The translations under genes were made by a program, and so were the position numbers. From an uncultured virus (IMG/VR IMGVR_UViG_3300035396_000150) (lineage: Duplodnaviria; Heunggongvirae; Uroviricota; Caudoviricetes; Crassvirales): a DNA stretch of 20,000 bases. The notes under the pieces are model-generated. The model made no database searches and was not told the DNA's origin. It saw only the letters and a program-made list of their open reading frames with translations. The stretch is from positions 52,959 to 72,958 of the IMG/VR virus record IMGVR_UViG_3300035396_000150; one strand, written 5' to 3'. Numbering within the stretch: position 1 is the first letter of the stretch; every line of letters begins with the position of its first letter. Below are positions 1-8,408 of this stretch, one piece after another.

Positions 1-215
1 ACATGAGGCGTATAGACAATAAAACCCATATAAGGAATTTTTATTCTCTTTACATAGGTTTCATCATTAACTTTATTACCATAAGTAACTAACTTAAATA
101 AAGTCCTGTAATACTCTCTTACTATCTCCACTATCTCTTTCCTTTTCAAGTTAGGATAATGCTCTATTAGCTCCTCCAGAACCTTATTAGTTAATACCGT
201 ATTAGTATGTTCCAT
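1..215 (-). CDS. Partial hypothetical protein, possibly HU/IHF-like (runs off left edge)
   Basis: Not in the ORF track. ATG at 215-213 overlaps the stop of the nuclease gene (TAATG coupling). Translation MEHTNTVLTNKVLEELIEHYPNLKRKEIVEIVREYYRTLFKLVTYGNKVNDETYVKRIKIPYMGFIVYTPH is open to the edge. Two helices followed by IKIPYMGF loosely resemble HU/IHF. Confidence 0.65.
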   Translation of the reverse strand, partial: MEHTNTVLTNKVLEELIEHYPNLKRKEIVEIVREYYRTLFKLVTYGNKVNDETYVKRIKIPYMGFIVYTPH

Positions 216-1060
216 TATATTTTATCAAATACTTCTTTGTCAATACTTAAATCAATCACATTAATATCTATCTGACTCTTCAACAACTCCTCCGTCAATT
301 CAGGCAAATCTTGCACCGGATACGCCTTATATCCTTTATCTCCATAATAGCTACTCAGTCCATCAATATGAAATAAGAAGCTCTTACTTACATTAATACC
401 CTCCTCTCTTAAAAACTCCTTATACATATTCAACTGTATAACTCCCTTATCGTGTCCTACATCTCTAAAATCCTGCAATAAATCCTTCATCTTATTAGGA
501 AGTCTTCCCTTATCTTCTTTATATTGTTCTGATGTAAAGGCTTTACTGAACTTAAAATCCCCCAAATAATATAATCCGTCCTTCAACCCTTTCATCAGCA
601 AATCCACAGTATATCCAATCTTATACTTAGCACTTCCTTTAGGTATTTCCATTCTTACAATCTCAAATTTACTCAATATATCGTCCATTAACTTCTTAGC
701 ATTCATATCTAATACAGTTACTGGTCGTGTATTCTCGGGGTCTAACCAGTACATAACACAGAAGTCATGCCCGGCAGTCCCCAATCCAGAACTATGCTTA
801 CCTTGCATAGCCCAATACTTAGCTACTAATTGAGGATTAGTTAAATACTTTCTTCCATTCTTTTCATTCTTATTAGCCACCATATTAGATATGATATGAC
901 TATTAAATTCAGGTACAAACTCCTTTATATAAGTTGTTGCACTCTTTAACTTAACTCCATCCATCAAATAACAATGGCTCACATCATCATAACTAAACCC
1001 CTTTACATTACTTACTTTAATTCTTTCTTTTGATTGTGTTGCTTTAATATCCAAATCCAT
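215..1060 (-). CDS. PD-(D/E)XK superfamily nuclease (phage exonuclease type)
   Basis: SATTYI, GTAGH, GYTVDLL...YLGDFKFS (D...DxK) and QLNMY motifs match the RecB/lambda-exonuclease-like PD-(D/E)XK pattern. Confidence 0.85.
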   Translation of the reverse strand: MDLDIKATQSKERIKVSNVKGFSYDDVSHCYLMDGVKLKSATTYIKEFVPEFNSHIISNMVANKNEKNGRKYLTNPQLVAKYWAMQGKHSSGLGTAGHDFCVMYWLDPENTRPVTVLDMNAKKLMDDILSKFEIVRMEIPKGSAKYKIGYTVDLLMKGLKDGLYYLGDFKFSKAFTSEQYKEDKGRLPNKMKDLLQDFRDVGHDKGVIQLNMYKEFLREEGINVSKSFLFHIDGLSSYYGDKGYKAYPVQDLPELTEELLKSQIDINVIDLSIDKEVFDKI

Positions 1061-1061
1061 T

Positions 1062-1370
1062 TTATCGTTTCATTATATTAATTATAAATTGTACTTCATT
1101 ATCACTTACCAACTTACCTATAAATAGATTAATATATATCTCCTTACCCCCAACAATTCCTCTTCTTTGATACCTTATTAATCTGTCTTTAATATTTAAC
1201 ATGATTCTATCATGTTCTATTTTCATTACTTCACTTACTACTTGAACCACTTTAGTCCATACTATATTATCAGACTTATTATCTATTTTATTAAATTCAT
1301 TATTCTCTATACATTCTACTATCTCATTTAATAGTTCCTTATTTAATTCCTTTGATACTTCTTTATTCAT
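1062..1370 (-). CDS. Hypothetical protein
   Basis: 102-aa ORF, 1 nt from the next gene, with an A-rich leader. Confidence 0.75.
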   Translation of the reverse strand: MNKEVSKELNKELLNEIVECIENNEFNKIDNKSDNIVWTKVVQVVSEVMKIEHDRIMLNIKDRLIRYQRRGIVGGKEIYINLFIGKLVSDNEVQFIINIMKR

Positions 1371-1466
1371 TATTTTATTTATTTAATTATTAATACTTAT
1401 TTATTTTATTTAATTAATTACTATTAAAAAGAATTAATTAGTTTATATATTTCGTTTATTTACACT

Positions 1467-1500
1467 GCTAAGTTACAATTTTTTTTTGGAATAAAAAAAT
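1467..1500 (-). promoter_or_regulatory. Candidate Bacteroidota-type primary-sigma promoter for the leftward genes
   Basis: Minus strand reads GTAACTTAGC at 1476-1467, i.e. TAnnTTAG, a one-base variant of the TAnnTTTG -7 element. A T-run lies ~20 nt upstream and the site is ~100 nt before the ATG at 1370. Confidence 0.45.
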
Positions 1501-1936
1501 GACAAAAAGTCAAAAACATAGTATCAGCTCGAATGGTATAATATATAAAATTCAAGATTTCATAAATAAGTAATTTTAATATAGTATATTAAATACATAT
1601 ATAAAGTAATATCCAATAGAATAACATAAGTAGTTCAAGTACTGTAAAGTGATTGGCATTAAAGCTCACTGTGTATATGAATAGATTTGGAAATCAAAAT
1701 CGACTTGTATTATATATAAGATGGATTTAATCTATATATAAAGATAGAACAAGTACTATATACTATATATAACAAATTTAATGTAATAGAAATTCATATA
1801 GTATTTCAAGTATATAAAATTGTTGATGATGTAAAAGATGGTACACATATACTATATACTATATACAATATGTGCAGTACAGGCAACTACTATATAACCT
1901 ATTCTATATATAAGCATTATGGAATAGATATATCTA

Positions 1937-2109
1937 ATTGAGAGTTCCAGAGAAAGATGAAGTTATTCACCGAACTTGTTCGTTAAAGCATTTAAGTAAT
2001 AGAGAAAGAATTATAAACTAAGCTATACAGTACAGTATGTAAGTATATAGAATACAGTATTGAATTAGGTATATAATTCGGGGCTTCTTCTTTCTCTGGA
2101 AATCTCAAT
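1937..2109. repeat. 26-bp imperfect inverted repeat
   Basis: ATTGAGAGTTCCAGAGAAAGATGAAG (1937-1962) versus the reverse complement of 2084-2109, ATTGAGATTTCCAGAGAAAGAAGAAG: 24/26 identical. Confidence 0.85.
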
Positions 2110-2564
2110 CAAGTAAAATAGGTTCTATAAGTTGTACTAAATAAGTTGTATATAATTGGGCTTAAGATGCTCAACCTCGTGCTCAACCCTTATATATAGT
2201 ACTTAAATAAACTATATATAATATATAGTTTATATTTATATATAATAAGGTACTTATATTATATATAGTAAATTGGTTTACTTATCAATTCTTTACTACT
2301 TTACTATATACCAATTTACTACATATTAAATTATATTAGGTTGGTACTATTATATAATATATAGTATTAGTTAATTATGTTTTGTTTTATATATTGTAAG
2401 GTGGATACTATATACTATATTAATATATAGATATTATATTAGAATTTTTTATATAAAATTTTATTTAGTGGATAGATTATAAAATATATAGGTTGGTATT
2501 TGATATTGATGTATAGTATATGATATTGATTGATATAGTAAAATTTTTTTATAATATAAAATTT

Positions 2565-2678
2565 AGTTAATGAAAATGTAGGATAGTTATGTACTATATA
2601 GTATATATAGGTATAGTATAGTAATTAATAATTTTTTATTATGGAATTTTTTTTATAAGTTAATGAAAATATAGGATA
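2565..2678 (+). repeat. 21-bp direct repeat
   Basis: AGTTAATGAAAATGTAGGATA (2565-2585) and AGTTAATGAAAATATAGGATA (2658-2678): 20/21 identical, each preceded by AATTTTTTT(T)ATAA. Confidence 0.8.
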
Positions 2679-2785
2679 TCTATGTTGGTACTGAATACCT
2701 ATGGGGGTGACCCATACTATAATTTGCGAGCGAAAGCCCGTACGGGTAACATAAGTTTCCGTAACCATGTAAATATAAAATACAC

Positions 2786-3205
2786 ATGGCAAATACAAAT
2801 GAAAGAATTTTATCAGTAACTACTTCTACATTTAACACAGAAGAAAGTTACGTAATTACTGATTTAGGTAAATTTACTTGCCCTTCCGAGAAATTATCAG
2901 ACAGTCTTCGTCAGGCAGTCGATAATAAAATGGAGCCTTTGTGCTCTATAAGACGAACAGTACGTCAGATTGGTGACCCTTACAAGGACGCACAAGGACG
3001 TGACCGTAAAGTAGGATACAATGAACTTGGTGTAGAACTTGGTGCTATATCAGGGGAACAGGTAACGATAAATGCAGTAATTCCGATTAAGTCGGAAGTC
3101 GAAAAGAAACTTGATGAAAAAGACCTTGTTGTTGAAAGAGCTGTAAAGCTCATGCAAGCAACAGGCATCACGTTCGAAGCAGCACTTGCTATATACTCTG
3201 CATAA
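2786..3205 (+). CDS. Hypothetical protein, first gene of the rightward arm
   Basis: 139-aa ORF, more GC-rich than its flanks, A-rich leader, followed by a strong hairpin. Confidence 0.85.
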   Translation: MANTNERILSVTTSTFNTEESYVITDLGKFTCPSEKLSDSLRQAVDNKMEPLCSIRRTVRQIGDPYKDAQGRDRKVGYNELGVELGAISGEQVTINAVIPIKSEVEKKLDEKDLVVERAVKLMQATGITFEAALAIYSA

Positions 3206-3211
3206 AAGAAT

Positions 3212-3248
3212 ACAACCATATGCCTTCGGGTGTATGGTTGTTATGTTT
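3212..3248 (+). terminator. Stable hairpin, terminator or processing signal
   Basis: ACAACCATATGCC-TTCG-GGTGTATGGTTGT: 13-bp stem with a C(UUCG)G loop; weak U-tract. Confidence 0.7.
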
Positions 3249-3319
3249 GCCTATTTATAATTAAAATAGGATATACTATACATCTAACATAGTGTATAAT
3301 GAATAGTAAATATATGTAT

Positions 3320-3791
3320 GGCATCTGTTAGCCATTGCAGTAATGCAGAAGTAACTTGGTCCACTATGACCACACAAAGGCAAGGAAGTTGCTTGTAATC
3401 CTATCGGGAATGTGTGATATGTGGTAGATAGGCAGTATTACGGAACTAAGGTATGCATAGACTTTCCAACTATGTTTTACTATCCGTAACGTTTCAAATC
3501 AGTGTAATGAACTGATACGTTTTTATAAGTTCTGTGGCTCATAACCACACGTTGAAAGATTAGCAAGTCAAAGCTAATTACGTTTGGGCAGTTGACCAGC
3601 ACACATACCTATAAGTAGGGATACTATGTGTGCTGAAATAAGGTATATGATTATATATAATGCTTGTAAATTCCGTTGATACGGTATTCATACAAGTATG
3701 CTATTACAGGCATTATATATGATTATGAATAAGCACCAATACATTAAATAACACATAAGTAGTTAATTTGATTGTTGGTGCTTTATTTTTT
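3320..3791 (+). ncRNA. Putative multi-hairpin structured ncRNA, unclassified
   Basis: ORF-free run of stems: AAGTAACTT/AAGTTGCTT, TTACGGA/TCCGTAA, ATCAGT/ACTGAT, ATTAGC/GCTAAT, CAGCACACATA/TATGTGTGCTG, ATATATAATGC/GCATTATATAT, ending in a terminator. Confidence 0.5.
3731..3791 (+). terminator. Intrinsic terminator
   Basis: AAGCACCAATA (3731-3741) pairs with TGTTGGTGCTT (3773-3783); followed by a T-run. Confidence 0.65.
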
Positions 3792-4106
3792 ATATATAGT
3801 ATTACATATGTGTTATCGTATGTATATACAATATAATAAAGAACAAGATTGATGTAATATAATATGTGTGGGATTACTTATTGAGTGTCTGTGTGTATGT
3901 GTATTGCATAATATAATAGATTAAATTGAATTTATTGATGTGTGTGTCGAAGTGGCACTATACCAACAAACCACATATCAAGCCAACCACCAACAATAAA
4001 TTAGTAACAAACTTGACAAATAATCTCATTTTAAATAATAGATAAGACATTACTATCTATTACTTTATCATGTAGGAAATTTAGTAAAGTTAAATAACAC
4101 AGTAAA

Positions 4107-4343
4107 ATGGAAGAATCCCTGATCTTATTTGATGGTGCAGGTTTCGGAAGATTCGAAAACGGCATTTTCTGGGACAGTGAGAACTGTGCCAGAGGAAGAG
4201 CAAAAGATAAGATATTCATCAATATTATTGAGGAATACTTAAAATTGGATGCTCAAATAGAATTATCCATGAACCCTTTACATGTAGAAGTAGATGTAAA
4301 AGGGACGCCATTCTTCCTTTCAATGGTAGAATGGTTTGATTAA
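4107..4343 (+). CDS. Hypothetical protein
   Basis: 78-aa ORF with an A-rich leader and protein-like composition. Confidence 0.7.
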   Translation: MEESLILFDGAGFGRFENGIFWDSENCARGRAKDKIFINIIEEYLKLDAQIELSMNPLHVEVDVKGTPFFLSMVEWFD

Positions 4344-4578
4344 AAGAATAAATAAGATGTATCACTATCTTCCCTAAGACTAACATAGAAATATGTCCTT
4401 AGGTTTCAATATTAACTATACTTTGTTAAATTACCTGAAAGTTGAATGCATAAGAGCTATGCACAGGAGTAATTTACGTGATAGAGTATATATTATAAAC
4501 AATCTAAATTAAGATTGTACTTAGTAATAAGTTTATGATAGTAAATAAGTACAATATTAATACTAAACCTATATAGAT

Positions 4579-4725
4579 ATGTGTGACGATGCAGATGATT
4601 TTGTATGGTATTATTGTCCTATGTGTGGATCTTCAACAGATACATACAGTAAGTATTATTGTTCCTGTTATGATATAGACAGTAACAATGATACAGATGA
4701 TAAAGACCTTGACCAACAAGGCTAA
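4579..4725 (+). CDS. Small acidic Cys-rich protein (48 aa), possible zinc ribbon
   Basis: Below the ORF-track cutoff. MCDDADDFVWYYCPMCGSSTDTYSKYYCSCYDIDSNNDTDDKDLDQQG; CPxCG...CxC motif. Confidence 0.6.
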   Translation: MCDDADDFVWYYCPMCGSSTDTYSKYYCSCYDIDSNNDTDDKDLDQQG

Positions 4726-4949
4726 AACTCGATAAGTTGAGTAGATAGATACAACCTATCTTAAAATAAAGTAATTAGGTAAAACATACGTGACTAATAC
4801 TACGAGTCAAAAGGTAGTTAATGGTACGTCCGATTCAGCGTATGTTTTATTGGTTGAGAGTGATAGCTTAAACCCTATCTAAGTCCCCTAAGTTAAATAA
4901 CAAAACTACATTAGTAGTCTTAGGGTACTTTTATATTATTAAAAACCTA

Positions 4950-5280
4950 TACCATAGTTAGTACATCGCCTCGTTACTAGTGTGGCTTTGTTATTACTAT
5001 GAAGCAGTATAAATACAGATAGGTGTCTACCAATTGGTTTATTCTGTGTATTACAACAGAAAGGATTAGCTGTTTACCTGAATAGCTAATATCGTTAAAC
5101 TCGATTCGGAAACATATAAAAGTATGTAAGGTAATCCAATCCCTTGAAATATAGGGGTTGGATTTTAAAGTACTAAGAATAGAGTTATTATATGAATTCA
5201 ACATGAGTGATTCCGATACAAAAGTAGCAAGGTTGAAACATACTATTTAGCATAGGAATAGCTTTATTCTTTTTTTTTTT
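4950..5280 (+). ncRNA. Putative structured RNA ending in a terminator-like stem
   Basis: Stems ATTAGCTGTT/AATAGCTAAT, AATCCAATCCCT (5133-5144)/AGGGGTTGGATT (5153-5164) and a 15-bp stem 5175-5189/5257-5271 followed by a long T-run. Confidence 0.45.
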
Positions 5281-5288
5281 AACAATAC

Positions 5289-5669
5289 AAAACAAACTCT
5301 TTTTCAATTCAAATAAATACTACCTAAAAATAGTGCAGCTGCAATAAAGCAGAGGATAAATAGTATTTAAAGTAATTTACAACTAAATTTTGGTTAGTAA
5401 TCTAAATGTTGTAGTATAATGTAATTACACTCGGTGTTAGCATTACACTTAGAGCTAACCAAAACTACTAAGGTAGTTGTTATTTGAATTAAAGGTAATA
5501 ATAGAACGTACTTTAATGAATGTTTACATATAAAGTTATTCCTTTATAGAGTGTAAATAAGAGATTACTATATAACGAAGTATAAGGGAGAATAGTACTT
5601 ATACAAGAAATAGCTATTCTTGAATCTTCTAATATTATTATCCCACCACTTAGTGGAAGAGTTTGTTTT
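5289..5669 (+). ncRNA. Putative ~380-nt structured RNA with a closing stem and pseudoknot
   Basis: AAAACAAACTCTT (5289-5301)/AAGAGTTTGTTTT (5657-5669); AATTCAAATAA (5306-5316)/TTATTTGAATT (5480-5490); ACTACCT/AGGTAGT; TTTTGGTTAG (5388-5397)/CTAACCAAAA (5455-5464). Confidence 0.55.
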
Positions 5670-5705
5670 TTAATATAAAAGTATTAACAATCTAAATAAA
5701 AAGAA

Positions 5706-7865
5706 ATGGAATTTAAAGAATTTAATCAGAAAGTAAGAGCACAATTCAAGAGAATGTGTGAAACAGGAAAGTTATTTAAAAGTAGTATTACTGGACAACA
5801 AGTCTGGGATACTTATTTAAGTAGTTTTAAACCGGAAGATAATGGTATATTCAGAGACAGTAATAGCTCTGAACATAACTGTAATTGCTGTAAAAACTTT
5901 ATTAAAAGATATGGTAATATTGTAGCAATTATTGATGGAAAACTTGAAAGTATATTTAGTAATTTAGGAGATTGTGGAGAATATAATGAAAGTATTGAAG
6001 CATGTAATAAAGAATTAACAAATAGTCCTATTCAAGACGTATTTTTTGAAACCTATGATATGCTTGATAGAGGTCTTAACTATGAAAAGACCAACAAAAC
6101 ACAAACTACTTATAAATTAGGTATTGGTACTACACATTTTCAATACTCAAAAGAGTATGAAGACCAATACGGTCATAAAAATTCTGGTGGCTCATATAGA
6201 GTTCAGTTTGATAAAGTATACGAATTTAACCATTTTGAAGTAGCTTTACCTAAGCAACTTGTAGATTTTGCTAATAGAAGTATTGATGATATTACCAACG
6301 AATACAGAACTAAATATGTTTCTTTTAAGAACACAATGGAAACTATTTCTATTGCAACTTACAAAGAAGTATTAGAAGGCATAGCTAAAAAGTATGCAGC
6401 TAATAGTGATAAATATATTCCTGTAATAGAATCATTCATAGCTTTCAAAGAAGAGTATGATAAAGCTACTGATAAGGATTTATTCTGTTGGGAAACATCT
6501 TATTCATTAAAAGATTCTATTGCTAAAATGGGTAGTTCTAACTTAGGTAATAGTTTATTGAAAGAACTTGAAAGTGGCGAGAAAGAACTTGACCGTATAT
6601 ATCAAGAATTTAATAGAAGAGAAGACCCGGAAAATAAGTTCAAAACTGAAAAACCATCATCTGTTGGTATGCAACTAGTAGCCAGTAAAGCTATTGAAGA
6701 ACTAGGTTTAGTTGAACAATTTACAAGTAGAAGACATACTACTTTAGATGATGTAAAAGCTAATATAGTTTCTTTTATAAACAGAGATAATGCTAAATCA
6801 AAAGTAAATTTGTTTAAAATTGATACATTGGATGATTCTAATGTATATAATCCAAAACAATTTGATAAAGTTGATGAAGTAGCCATTAAAGAGTTTTTAG
6901 TTAATATGGATAAATATACATCTATTGAATTACTGTTAGAAAACAGTATGTCTTTATTTAATATGACAAGTTGCTCTGTTGAAGGTTTAAAACCAATGTT
7001 TAAATATGGTAATAACTACAGTTTTACAGTTAATGGTAAAAATGCAGGTGAAAGCCAAATTAAACAAGCTGTAAAAGAAAGAGGAGGTAATGTAGAAGCT
7101 GTAGTAGCTATTAGATTACATTTTCCTGATACAAGAGAAGATTATGATTTGTATGTAGAAGAGCCTAATAGAAACATTATTTATTACGGCAATAAAAGAC
7201 AAAAACATAACTCAACAGGTATGTTAGATTTGGATGCTCAAGGAGGAGATGGTCATTTTGAACCTGAAAGAAGAGTAGAAAACTGCACTTGGACAGATTT
7301 AAAAAAGATGCCTATAGGGAATTATAAAATTATGGTTAATAGCCATCCGAAAAATAGAGTAAACACTACATTTTACATGGATATTGAATTAAATGGTGAA
7401 TTAACTCAATTAAAATTAAAAACATTAGGACTTATAAAGCCTATTGTTGCTATTTTTAAATGGAACGGTTTTGAATTTAGTTTAAAAGTGTCCGAATGTA
7501 TGGAATTATTGGAAAGTAAAACCATGTCTAAAAAGATATGGAACTTAGATTCTTTGAAGTTTCATAAAGTAACTTGTATTTGTCTAAGCCCTGACCATTG
7601 GAATACTAATATAGGTACATTACATCATTTATTTGCTTTGAAAGGAGCTTATAATGATCAGCCTATACCAACATTCCATATTGATAATCTGATACCTGAA
7701 TTACTGCCTAATAGGAAAGCTATTCAATCCTTAATGGATATATTAGTAGTTAAACCTGAGGGAGAGCAATTTGCAGGAGTATGTTTTAATGATACTTATA
7801 CTCGAACTATTATAGTTAGAGTTAGTGAAGACAGCAAAAAGAAAGTAATTAAAGTACAATTTTAA
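5706..7865 (+). CDS. Large conserved phage protein of unknown function (N-terminal HxCxCC motif; C-terminal YfaP/TerD-like DxDL...LDxD region)
   Basis: 719 aa; EHNCNCCKNFIKRYG; DYDLYVEEP...IYYGNK...GMLDLDAQGG...VEN resembles the YfaP/DUF2135 pattern. Family recognised from memory, not searched. Confidence 0.8.
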   Translation: MEFKEFNQKVRAQFKRMCETGKLFKSSITGQQVWDTYLSSFKPEDNGIFRDSNSSEHNCNCCKNFIKRYGNIVAIIDGKLESIFSNLGDCGEYNESIEACNKELTNSPIQDVFFETYDMLDRGLNYEKTNKTQTTYKLGIGTTHFQYSKEYEDQYGHKNSGGSYRVQFDKVYEFNHFEVALPKQLVDFANRSIDDITNEYRTKYVSFKNTMETISIATYKEVLEGIAKKYAANSDKYIPVIESFIAFKEEYDKATDKDLFCWETSYSLKDSIAKMGSSNLGNSLLKELESGEKELDRIYQEFNRREDPENKFKTEKPSSVGMQLVASKAIEELGLVEQFTSRRHTTLDDVKANIVSFINRDNAKSKVNLFKIDTLDDSNVYNPKQFDKVDEVAIKEFLVNMDKYTSIELLLENSMSLFNMTSCSVEGLKPMFKYGNNYSFTVNGKNAGESQIKQAVKERGGNVEAVVAIRLHFPDTREDYDLYVEEPNRNIIYYGNKRQKHNSTGMLDLDAQGGDGHFEPERRVENCTWTDLKKMPIGNYKIMVNSHPKNRVNTTFYMDIELNGELTQLKLKTLGLIKPIVAIFKWNGFEFSLKVSECMELLESKTMSKKIWNLDSLKFHKVTCICLSPDHWNTNIGTLHHLFALKGAYNDQPIPTFHIDNLIPELLPNRKAIQSLMDILVVKPEGEQFAGVCFNDTYTRTIIVRVSEDSKKKVIKVQF

Positions 7866-7984
7866 TTTATAGGAGTAATTTATTCCTAAGGAACTCTGAA
7901 GTCTTATTGGTGAATATGTAACCACTCATTTAAACTGATGAACAGGAGATTTTTTTTATTTATAAACAATTTAAAAATATAATT

Positions 7985-8389
7985 ATGTTAATTATTGAAA
8001 AAGGCTTACAAGCCAAATTACGTTACAATGTAACAGGCAACAACACTATTGAAGATTTATATGACTTTAATAGTACGGTATTAGCCGAATTAGGTGGTAA
8101 ATTATTTGAACAAGTAAAACAGTTTACTTCAGATAATCCATTTAAAACCATACGTAAAACTAAAGCTCAAGAAAAAGTACAATTAGCCTATGATGTAGTA
8201 AAGTACATTTATGATGTGAAAGTAGCTGAAGAGGAATTAGCAGCATCCTTAACTGAAATTAAAAATGAAGAGCAGGAATTACTTGCTATTGCAGCAATGC
8301 AACAACAAGAAGAATTACGTAAAAATCCGGAACTGGTAAAACAAAGATTAGCTGAAATACAAGCTAAGAAAGCACAAATTAAAAAATAA
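7985..8389 (+). CDS. Conserved phage coiled-coil protein, usual partner of the upstream large gene
   Basis: KLRY...GNNTIEDLYD N-terminal motif and a helical, charged C-terminus. Confidence 0.8.
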   Translation: MLIIEKGLQAKLRYNVTGNNTIEDLYDFNSTVLAELGGKLFEQVKQFTSDNPFKTIRKTKAQEKVQLAYDVVKYIYDVKVAEEELAASLTEIKNEEQELLAIAAMQQQEELRKNPELVKQRLAEIQAKKAQIKK

Positions 8390-8408
8390 ATTACAATTAA
8401 AACCTATA

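Larger units (their letters stand above)
1371..2699. other. AT-rich divergent intergenic region, candidate replication origin/control region
   Basis: No ORF of 60 aa or more; coding strand switches across it; many TACTATATA-like repeats plus one direct and one inverted repeat. Confidence 0.5.

Noticed and set aside
1945..1961. 17-nt match TTCCAGAGAAAGATGAA to polA (19571-19587), as a possible guide or antisense site
   Set aside because: One match of this length is plausible by chance in 20 kb of AT-rich DNA, and there is no supporting context.
1700..2700. CRISPR array
   Set aside because: Repeats are short, degenerate and irregularly spaced; no cas genes are present.
3370..3410. c-di-GMP-I riboswitch suggested by ACAAAGGCAA
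   Set aside because: The following P2 GNRA hairpin and GCAAAG/P3 elements are absent.
5330..5356. Twister ribozyme suggested by TAGTGCAGC...GCAGAG
   Set aside because: Too short; lacks P4 and the pseudoknot-forming loop.
7866..7960. Hammerhead ribozyme or fluoride riboswitch suggested by CTGATGA at ~7935
   Set aside because: No stem II plus GAAA after it, and no fluoride-riboswitch pseudoknot pairing; the region may still be a structured element.
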